Source: Flavobacteriaceae bacterium
Lineage (GTDB): Bacteria; Bacteroidota; Bacteroidia; Flavobacteriales; Flavobacteriaceae
DNA: 32,000 bases
Assembly: GCA_965224465.1 (NCBI GenBank)
Contig: OZ245049.1
Coordinates: 870,001 to 902,000, forward strand
Reading direction: 5' to 3'
Under the pieces are notes generated by a model. That model was given only the letters and a program-made list of their open reading frames with translations, searched no databases and had not been told where the DNA came from. Position 1 is the first letter of the stretch, and each line of letters starts with the position of its first letter. A program made the translations under genes and the position numbers. Shown piece after piece: positions 25,446-32,000 of the stretch.

Positions 25446-26571
25446 GCTGAATTCAAGTCACAAACGCAACTTTTAGTTAAATAATAATTGTTCCATTACA
25501 AATATAGGGTTTTCGTATTTATGTCTCTTCCTAGGTCTGTTATTTAATTTTGTTTCTACCTCTTTGATTCTTTGATCTGTTAGGTTTGTAAAGTCACTTC
25601 CTTTGGCAAAATATTGTCTAATCAAACCATTTAAATTTTCGTTAGATCCTCTTTCCCAAGAGTGATATGGATGCGCAAAAAAGTAATCAATACATAAATT
25701 TTCTGCAACCTGCTCATGGCCTGCAAATTCTTTTCCATTATCAGCTGTTATAGTATGTAGATAAGGCTTCCAGTCTTCTAATATTTCATTGATAGCTTTG
25801 GTGACAACAACTGCTTCTTTAGAGCTTACTTTTTTCATTTTAAGCATTCCAGAAGCTCTATCATTTACGGTAAGTATGGCTTGATTATGGTTTTTACCTA
25901 TGATTAAATCGACCTCTAAATCTCCAAATCGATTTCTTTGTTCAACAACTTCAGGTCGTTGTTCTATACTAATGCGATTCTTTATAACCCCTCTAGAATC
26001 CTTTGATGAGCCACGTTTTCTATATCTCCTTCCCTGTCTGCGAAGGTGTGTATGTAAATCACCATCATTCCTCTTGTCTTCCCTAATATGCTGATATATA
26101 CGCTCAATAGACACCGTTTCTTTACCTTGTTTTTTTAGGATACCAACTACTTGCTCAGGACTATAATCGTCTCGCAATAACAATTCTATTGCTTGTTGAA
26201 TATCTTCTGTAAAGCGTTTTCTTTTAGGCTTTTCTTTATGACGTTTAGCATACTTTTTTTGGGCTAATTCATGCTTGTAAACTCCATTTCTTTTGTCTGA
26301 ATTACGCTTAATCTCTTTGCTAATAACAGACTTGTCTTTTCCTATAGCAGCTGCTATCTCAACCTGTTTATAACCTTGTTTTAACATGCAGCAAATTGTG
26401 TATCTTTGTGCTTGGGTGATGTGTTTCATACAACTTCTTTTTTCGAGATTTGAGACCGTAAGATACATATCCATCAAGACAAGAAAGGTAGGTTTTCCTA
26501 CTTTTCTGTTTTGAAAATATAACCATCATAGAATCAAATCGAAAAGTTGCGTTTATTAGTTGAATTTAAGA
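25446..26571 (-). mobile_element. IS30-family insertion sequence, copy 2 (1126 bp)
   Basis: Same orientation as copy 1 and ~99% identical to it. Flanked by a 2-bp direct repeat CA (25444-25445 and 26572-26573). Confidence 0.9.
25473..26429 (-). CDS. IS30-family DDE transposase
   Basis: Differs from the copy-1 protein at two residues (V/I in VVG(V/I)LKKQG; Q/E in KY(Q/E)NPIF). Confidence 0.9.
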   Translation of the reverse strand: MKHITQAQRYTICCMLKQGYKQVEIAAAIGKDKSVISKEIKRNSDKRNGVYKHELAQKKYAKRHKEKPKRKRFTEDIQQAIELLLRDDYSPEQVVGILKKQGKETVSIERIYQHIREDKRNDGDLHTHLRRQGRRYRKRGSSKDSRGVIKNRISIEQRPEVVEQRNRFGDLEVDLIIGKNHNQAILTVNDRASGMLKMKKVSSKEAVVVTKAINEILEDWKPYLHTITADNGKEFAGHEQVAENLCIDYFFAHPYHSWERGSNENLNGLIRQYFAKGSDFTNLTDQRIKEVETKLNNRPRKRHKYENPIFVMEQLLFN

Positions 26572-26884
26572 CATCAAAACCTACCCCTTTAATTAAAGTA
26601 TCATATGTATTAAAATGATTATTCAATAAAACAATCATTTTTTCAAAATGAGACTTATAATTTGAAGTGGAAAGCCCTATACCGTCATCCTTAGTAATAA
26701 AAATAATTTTAACTTTTAGAGGAATTATTTCATTCAAATAATTAGTTGAATATAACGAATAAGATTTTGTCCCCATTAATTCTTTGGAAGGAGGAAAATA
26801 CTCCTCAACCACACCGCATCTAAAAGGCTTATTATCAGAATGTGGAAATAAATCTTTTCCGTTGTTTATTTGACTAAAAACGGA

Positions 26885-26920
26885 CAAACAAACAAACAAA
26901 CAAACAAACAAACAAACAAA
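26885..26920. repeat. Tetranucleotide tract (CAAA)9, read as (TTTG)9 on the coding strand
   Basis: Nine perfect units counted directly. The tract lies between the ATG codons and the rest of the signal-peptide coding region of the metzincin pseudogene. Confidence 0.95.
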
Positions 26921-27042
26921 CTCATGTAATTTTTCTTCATAGTATCTATACTTAAATGTTAATTATAACTACTAAAGAAACTGTAACTTTTGGAGATTTT
27001 AAATATACAACTAATTTAGTAAGTGTATAAAAACAATTAAAA

Positions 27043-27185
27043 GGCGCTGCCGTAGCACAAGTGTGTTCTGAATACAAGATTCCGTTTTCTCTTATCAGAA
27101 CCATTTTTTATAAAGCAAATGACAATGCGATATTAGATTGCCCAAAACTTGACAAAGAGGCGACTCTTTTATATGTCGTAACCTA
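27043..27185 (+). pseudogene. Displaced, diverged copy of the mtnN 3' end (47 codons)
   Basis: Reads GAAVAQVCSEYKIPFSLIRTIFYKANDNAILDCPKLDKEATLLYVVT*. The corresponding part of intact mtnN (24311..24481) reads GAAVAQVCYEYDIPFSIIRTISDKANDNAMIDFPKFAKKVASLYAAG.... There is no upstream coding continuation. Confidence 0.75.
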
Positions 27186-27221
27186 GGAGACATGATAAAA
27201 GGAAAGTATTTAGAACGTTCA

Positions 27222-27253
27222 TTTGGTGATGTTTTAAGGATTACATATATTTG
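27222..27253 (+). promoter_or_regulatory. Candidate Bacteroidota promoter (-33 TTTG, -7 TATATTTG)
   Basis: TTTG at 27222-27225 and TATATTTG at 27246-27253, 20 nt apart. The -7 element is 30 nt upstream of ATG 27283. Confidence 0.45.
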
Positions 27254-27282
27254 AGCAGCTAGTAAAAGTAAAAACCCAATTT

Positions 27283-29244
27283 ATGCAATTTAAGCATCCC
27301 GAGATTCTATACGCCTTATTTTTTTTAATCATCCCTATAATTGTTCATTTATTTCAATTACAGCGATTTAAAAAAACGCCTTTTACCAATGTACAGTTTC
27401 TTAAAAAGCTACAGCAACAATCCAGAAAGAGTTCCCAAATAAAGAAATGGTTGCTTTTAACCATGCGTCTAGCTGCATTCACTTTTTTAATCATTGCCTT
27501 TGCGCAACCATTTAGATCAAATTTTTCAAAAAGCACACTACATCACACTGTAATATACCTAGACAATTCCTATAGTATGCAAGCCTTGGGAGATGAAGGA
27601 GAACTGCTTAAAAGAGCGGTACAAGACTTATTAAAATCACTCCCTAAAAACGAGTTCGTATCCTTTATTTCAAACGATAATAGTTACAAAGACGTATCGT
27701 ATACCGAGCTCAAAAAAATACTTCTCAGTCTCAACTACAGCCATCAGCAATTGGATTTTAAAACATTGTTATTAAAAATAGGTCAACTAACACGTAAAAA
27801 AGACAGCTATCTAATTAATATCCTTCTTATTTCCGATTTTCAAGCAAACAAAAAATTTAACTGGAGTTACTTAAATACCAACAAAAGGTTTTCTTATAAA
27901 TGCGTGCAACTAAGTCCAAAAAGCACGAACAACACTTCCATAGACAGTGTTTTTATAGACAAAAAAACAGCCTCTAAAATCCAACTAGGGATTATTGTAC
28001 GCCAACAAAAACAAAACAGTGAAACTACAGTTTCGCTTTACAATGGCACACGATTGATTGGAAAAACAAATGTAACCTTTAAAAAAGAACACCGTAAAAA
28101 AGTAATTTTCCCCATTGCATTTGACACTGATTTTAAAGGTCATGTACACGTTAATGATCCTGCATTGACTTTTGATAACTCCTTTTATTTCAACATCAAT
28201 AAACCAGAAAAAATCAACATTCTAAGTATTGGAAAAAAATCAAATTTCTTATCTCGAATTTTTACCAAGGATGAGTTTATATTTAAGGAATACAACCTAC
28301 AAAGCTTAGCATACAATAGTATCAACGAGCAACACACCATTATTTTAAACGAACTTGAGTCCATTCCTAAACAATTGGTTCAGCCCTTAACCGATTTTAT
28401 AAAAAAAGGAGGAAGTCTCAGTATCATCCCCGCCGACAATATCAAGATAGACTCCTATACTTATTTACTGCAACAGTTAGGACTAGGAAATATAGAAAGC
28501 ACAAAAAAACAAGAATTAAAAATAACAGATATTAACTATGGGCATCCCCTTCTTAGAGATGTTTTTAAAAAGAGGGTTCCCAATTTTCAATACCCAAAAA
28601 CCATCCAACTATACAAGCGTATTGGTAAAAAAGGAATAGAAATTTTAGGTTTAGAAAATAAGACTCCCTTTTTTGAATCCTTTTCGTTAAAGGCTGGCAA
28701 CATCTATTTTTGTAGTACTTCCTTAAATGAGCACACTAGTAATTTTCAGCAATCATCACTTATCGTTCCCTTATTTTACAATATAGGACGACAAAGTTTT
28801 AGCATTCCAAAATTGTATTACACACTGGGAAACAAAAAAGACACTAAAATAAGTATTGCTTTGCAACTAAACAGTAATGAAATTTTAAGTCTCACTCATA
28901 AAAAAGAAGCCTTTATTCCATTACAACAGCGTTTCCCTAAAAAAGTAAGCCTTCAACTTGATAACAAACCCACTTATAGCGGGCATTACACTTTAAAATC
29001 TCCCGTTCGTAAGTATGGAAGACTCGCTTTTAACCATGCAGCAAGAGAAAGTATTTTAAATTATACCTCCCTAGAATCCTTAGAACACAAACCTAAAAAC
29101 ACACATCTAAGCACAAACATAACAACTGTAAACCAACAACTTAAAGAAAACCAAAAAATCAATTGGCTTTTTAAATGGTTTTTAGCATTATCCGTAGTAT
29201 TTTTGTTTTTTGAAATGCTTATCCTAAAATATTTCAAATTATGA
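27283..29244 (+). CDS. BatA-like (aerotolerance N-terminal double-TM domain) membrane protein
   Basis: MQFKHPEILYALFFLIIPIIVHLFQLQRFKK..F. N-terminus is typical of the BatA/TIGR02226-type domain. C-terminal TM helix. 653 aa. Confidence 0.65.
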   Translation: MQFKHPEILYALFFLIIPIIVHLFQLQRFKKTPFTNVQFLKKLQQQSRKSSQIKKWLLLTMRLAAFTFLIIAFAQPFRSNFSKSTLHHTVIYLDNSYSMQALGDEGELLKRAVQDLLKSLPKNEFVSFISNDNSYKDVSYTELKKILLSLNYSHQQLDFKTLLLKIGQLTRKKDSYLINILLISDFQANKKFNWSYLNTNKRFSYKCVQLSPKSTNNTSIDSVFIDKKTASKIQLGIIVRQQKQNSETTVSLYNGTRLIGKTNVTFKKEHRKKVIFPIAFDTDFKGHVHVNDPALTFDNSFYFNINKPEKINILSIGKKSNFLSRIFTKDEFIFKEYNLQSLAYNSINEQHTIILNELESIPKQLVQPLTDFIKKGGSLSIIPADNIKIDSYTYLLQQLGLGNIESTKKQELKITDINYGHPLLRDVFKKRVPNFQYPKTIQLYKRIGKKGIEILGLENKTPFFESFSLKAGNIYFCSTSLNEHTSNFQQSSLIVPLFYNIGRQSFSIPKLYYTLGNKKDTKISIALQLNSNEILSLTHKKEAFIPLQQRFPKKVSLQLDNKPTYSGHYTLKSPVRKYGRLAFNHAARESILNYTSLESLEHKPKNTHLSTNITTVNQQLKENQKINWLFKWFLALSVVFLFFEMLILKYFKL

Positions 29245-30491
29245 GAATTATTCTACAAAATTCAAAAATTATTGACAAATCAAGTCCTTTTAATGGTCAA
29301 GTTAAAGATGTTTTAGTCGAAAACGGAGTGATTTCTGCTATTCAAGACAGCATCAAAACAAGTCCTGAGGATACCATTATAAATTTAGAAAATCTACATA
29401 TTTCACAAGGATGGTTTGATTCAAGTGTCTGTTTTGGAGAACCTGGATTTGAAGACAGAGAAACCATAGAAAATGGGTTAAAAACAGCGGCAAAAAGTGG
29501 ATTTACACACATTGCTTTAAACCCCAATAGCAGTCCTGTAATTGACACTAAATCTTCCGTCTCATTTTTGATTTCAAAAGCACAGCAGTCTGCAACACGT
29601 TTATACCCTATAGGAGCCTTTACCAAACAATCGGAAGGAAAAAATATGGCAGAAATGTACGACATGCAAAACTCTGGTGCAGTGGCATTTGGTGATTATA
29701 AAAAATCAATTCAGAATGCCAACCTCCTAAAAATAGGACTTTTATACACACAGAATTTTGACGGACTTATTTTAAGTTATCCGCAAGATGATAGCATTGC
29801 TCAAAATGGACTTGTAAACGAAGGCATTAATAGTACAAAATACGGATTAAAAGGAATCCCTGCTATGGCAGAAGCGTTGCAAGTAAGACGTGATTTATTT
29901 TTATTAGAATACACCAAAGGAAAATTACATATCCCTACTATAAGCACTCAAATAGCCGTCCAACTTATTAGAGAAGCCAAACAAAAAGGACTCGATATAA
30001 GTTGCAGTGTAAGCGCACACCACTTGTGTATTACAGATGATGAATTACAGCATTTTGACAGCCGTACAAAAGTAAGACCTCCCTTGAGAACTCAGACAGA
30101 TATTGATGCACTGATCCAAGGATTAAAAGATGGCACCATAGATATGATTACCAGTGATCATCAACCAATTACTATTGAAGATAAAAAAGTAGAATTTCAA
30201 AACGCAAAATACGGAACAATAGGTCTCGAAAGTATATTTGGCGCTTTAAATACTGTTTTGGATATTGTTTTAATTATAGAAAAACTAACGGCTACATCGC
30301 GTTTTTCTATACAAACACAAAGCATTGATATAGGCAACAAAGCGGACCTTACACTTTTTAGCCCATCTCCTAGTTGGATCTTTACAAAGAAAAACATTAT
30401 TTCTACATCTAAAAATTCGATTTTTTTAAATAAAAAATTAAAAGGGTTGGTCTATGGTGTGCTTGCAAATGGACTATTAGTCCAAAATTAA
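29241..30491 (+). CDS. Dihydroorotase-family (amidohydrolase) protein
   Basis: 416 aa. Overlaps the preceding stop by 4 nt (ATGA). GWFD...GFEDRETI...TSDHQP pattern of Bacteroidota PyrC-like proteins. Catalytic competence not assessed. Confidence 0.65.
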   Translation: MRIILQNSKIIDKSSPFNGQVKDVLVENGVISAIQDSIKTSPEDTIINLENLHISQGWFDSSVCFGEPGFEDRETIENGLKTAAKSGFTHIALNPNSSPVIDTKSSVSFLISKAQQSATRLYPIGAFTKQSEGKNMAEMYDMQNSGAVAFGDYKKSIQNANLLKIGLLYTQNFDGLILSYPQDDSIAQNGLVNEGINSTKYGLKGIPAMAEALQVRRDLFLLEYTKGKLHIPTISTQIAVQLIREAKQKGLDISCSVSAHHLCITDDELQHFDSRTKVRPPLRTQTDIDALIQGLKDGTIDMITSDHQPITIEDKKVEFQNAKYGTIGLESIFGALNTVLDIVLIIEKLTATSRFSIQTQSIDIGNKADLTLFSPSPSWIFTKKNIISTSKNSIFLNKKLKGLVYGVLANGLLVQN

Positions 30492-30533
30492 AATTGTATA
30501 TTAACTGCTTAAACTAACTTAATAAAAACGATC

Positions 30534-30860
30534 ATGAATACACAAAACGTCGAAGAAGGAAAAACCATCGCAATCATTAGCTATTTAACCTGGATTGGAA
30601 CACTGATTGCTTTTTTTATGAACAATTCTAAAAAGAACAGCTTCGCTTCTTTTCACATACGCCAAATGATAGGTCTTATTGTTTTACAATTCGGTGTTAG
30701 TCTTATAGGAAATCTTGTTGGTTTAGGCATGGTTGAATGGGCCATTCATCTATTTCTACTTATTCTCTGGGGTTATGGTTTTATTGGATGTATTAATGGA
30801 AAAGAGAAGAAAATACCATTGCTAGGTGATCTATTCCAAGATTGGTTCAAAGGAATCTAA
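30534..30860 (+). CDS. Small integral membrane protein (DUF4870-like)
   Basis: 108 aa. GKTIAIISYLTWIGTLIAFFMN...FHIRQ motif and three predicted TM helices. Confidence 0.5.
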   Translation: MNTQNVEEGKTIAIISYLTWIGTLIAFFMNNSKKNSFASFHIRQMIGLIVLQFGVSLIGNLVGLGMVEWAIHLFLLILWGYGFIGCINGKEKKIPLLGDLFQDWFKGI

Positions 30861-30888
30861 AAAATTAACAGATAAATACTATTTTTGA

Positions 30889-30915
30889 AGTCGCACCTAC
30901 TGTGCGACTTTTTTA
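30889..30915 (+). terminator. Rho-independent terminator
   Basis: AGTCGCAC (30889-30896), loop CTACT, GTGCGACT (30902-30909), followed by TTTTTT. Confidence 0.7.
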
Positions 30916-30924
30916 CATATAATT

Positions 30925-31581
30925 ATGAGCAAATTAGCATTAGAATATATAGTACGAGAACCTAAAGTGAAGGTTAAAAACCAACCTCTATTATTTATGT
31001 TTCATGGATATGGGAGTAACGAACAGGATTTGTTTTCCTTCGCCGATGAGTTGCCGGACGAATTATTAATTATAAGTGCACAAGCTCCAATGTTTTTAGG
31101 AATGGGAGCTTACGCTTGGTACACCATCCATTTTGACAGTGCTGACGGTAAATTTTCTGACATTCCAGAAGCCATAAAAGCACGAGAACTTATAGGAACA
31201 TTTATCAGTCAAATTCAAGAGCAATACAATTGCGCCCCTAAAAACACTTTTTTATTTGGATTTAGTCAAGGAACTATCTTGGGTTATTCCATTGCATTGA
31301 ATTATCCAGAAAAGATAAAAAACATTATTGCTTTAAGCGGGCATATCAACACCGATTTACTACCTGAAGATATAGAAACAAAAAACTATGAACATCTAGA
31401 TTTCTTTATTTCACATGGGAGTGTAGACCAAGTAATACCTGTAACATGGGCAAATAAAGCTCCTGCATTTTTAAAACAATTAAACATCAAACATTCCTAT
31501 AAAGAATACCCTGTAGGACACGGCATAGCACCACAAAATTTTCATGATTTAAAACAATGGATCATAGACAGGTTGAATTAA
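30925..31581 (+). CDS. Alpha/beta hydrolase, phospholipase/carboxylesterase family
   Basis: 218 aa. HGYGSNEQD, nucleophile elbow GFSQG, late HG..D and GHGI motifs. Confidence 0.75.
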   Translation: MSKLALEYIVREPKVKVKNQPLLFMFHGYGSNEQDLFSFADELPDELLIISAQAPMFLGMGAYAWYTIHFDSADGKFSDIPEAIKARELIGTFISQIQEQYNCAPKNTFLFGFSQGTILGYSIALNYPEKIKNIIALSGHINTDLLPEDIETKNYEHLDFFISHGSVDQVIPVTWANKAPAFLKQLNIKHSYKEYPVGHGIAPQNFHDLKQWIIDRLN

Positions 31582-31633
31582 AAACAAGGGATTTAGAGCG
31601 CTAAACCTCTGATTAATAAATTACAAAAAAAAA

Positions 31634-31664
31634 TTGGGGCAACCATAGAAACAATGTATCTTTG
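31634..31664 (+). promoter_or_regulatory. Candidate promoter (-33 TTG, -7 TATCTTTG) for the cyclophilin gene
   Basis: TTG at 31634-31636 and TATCTTTG at 31657-31664, 20 nt apart. The -7 element is 19 nt upstream of ATG 31684. The region also forms a GGGGCAA/TTGCCCC hairpin. Confidence 0.4.
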
Positions 31665-31683
31665 CCCCACAAAAACGAGAACA

Positions 31684-32000
31684 ATGAACAACGGATTATA
31701 CGCAAAATTTAACACCTCTAAAGGTGCTATTATAGTAAACTTAGAATTTGAAAAGACTCCTGGAACAGTTGGTAACTTTGTTGCTTTAGCTGAAGGAAAC
31801 ATGGAAAACAAGGTTAAGGAGCAAGGAACTCCTTTTTATGACGGTTTAAATTTTCACAGAGTAATCGCTGACTTTATGATCCAAGGTGGATGTCCACAAG
31901 GATCTGGAATGGGAGACCCTGGTTATAAATTTGCTGATGAATTTCACGCTGATTTAAAACACAACCGTCCTGGAATTTTATCAATGGCCAACTCTGGACC
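31684..32000 (+). CDS. Peptidyl-prolyl cis-trans isomerase, cyclophilin type (5' partial, runs off the window)
   Basis: Own translation gives [38 protein letters not shown]...[31 protein letters not shown]...GILSMANSG, canonical cyclophilin motifs. It is absent from the ORF track because no stop lies within the window. Confidence 0.9.
   Translation, partial: MNNGLYAKFNTSKGAIIVNLEFEKTPGTVGNFVALAEGNMENKVKEQGTPFYDGLNFHRVIADFMIQGGCPQGSGMGDPGYKFADEFHADLKHNRPGILSMANSG

Larger units (their letters stand above)
25071..26940 (-). pseudogene. Decayed T9SS-secreted metzincin (M43-like) gene carrying IS30 copy 2
   Basis: ATGs at 26940/26925 (MKKNYMS) are followed by (TTTG)9. The main frame (…CLSVFSQINNGK…FRCGVVEE…IIPLKVKIIFI…) is out of frame with those ATGs. 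It is interrupted by the IS; removal of the IS plus the CA duplication restores …GVGFDVFKNSLYHF…. The frame continues to YKIYVNGGISGYEAF…KKVLVHEFG and stops. A shifted frame then gives a partial T9SS CTD (VNIRTSEVTKLSTQKINNATSNKELLSGLKNGLYQINLITKEGKVHSKKYYV). Confidence 0.65.

Noticed and set aside
25223-25456. 77-aa ORF as an independent gene
   Set aside because: Its 'start' is a TTG inside the IS end. The sequence is the middle part of the disrupted metzincin (…YKIYVNGGISGYEAF…VHEFG).
3878-26571. The two IS30 copies plus the intervening 20.4 kb as a composite transposon
   Set aside because: Each copy has its own distinct 2-bp target duplication (TA versus CA). The interior is core housekeeping DNA (sucC, nusB, yajC, coaE, tsaC) rather than cargo.
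27354-30397. ORFs 27354..27536, 29342..29665 and 30197..30397
   Set aside because: They are antisense to the BatA-like and dihydroorotase-like genes.
31593-31811. 72-aa minus-strand ORF
   Set aside because: It is antisense to the 5' part of the cyclophilin gene, which has canonical motifs on the plus strand.

Overview
AT-rich Bacteroidota (Flavobacteriia-type) chromosomal window. The housekeeping backbone comprises tsaC, an OmpR-type two-component pair, coaE, a YbbR-like gene, yajC, DUF1573, nusB, an ABC exporter, a PUR-like DUF3276 gene, sucC, a DUF5916/CBM9-like outer-membrane protein, a lolD-like ATPase, mtnN, a BatA-like gene, a dihydroorotase-like gene, an esterase and a cyclophilin. 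Two accessory patches interrupt it. Patch 1 (about 1.5-9.7 kb) holds an orphan Hcp/TssD-like gene with a ~98-aa C-terminal extension. Next comes a signal-less HExxHxxGxxH metallopeptidase (candidate contact-dependent effector) split by an IS30-family element with a 2-bp target duplication. Four ~830-bp tandem units follow. Each carries a secreted lipoprotein gene (candidate immunity; mosaic hypervariable centre, conserved PepSY-like C-terminus), and units 2-4 are preceded by a ghost of the toxin gene that lacks the catalytic core. Patch 2 (24.5-27.2 kb) is a 2.56-kb insert between mtnN and a displaced, diverged copy of the mtnN 3' end. It contains a decayed T9SS-type metzincin gene and a lipoprotein gene. 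The metzincin gene has an out-of-frame (TTTG)9 tract in its signal-peptide region, the second IS30 copy, and an internal deletion at HEFG. A ~140-nt hairpin-rich repeat family occurs at 1.7 kb and 18.9-19.1 kb. I saw no rRNA, tRNA or CRISPR array. All family calls are by-eye motif recognition; no searches were run.
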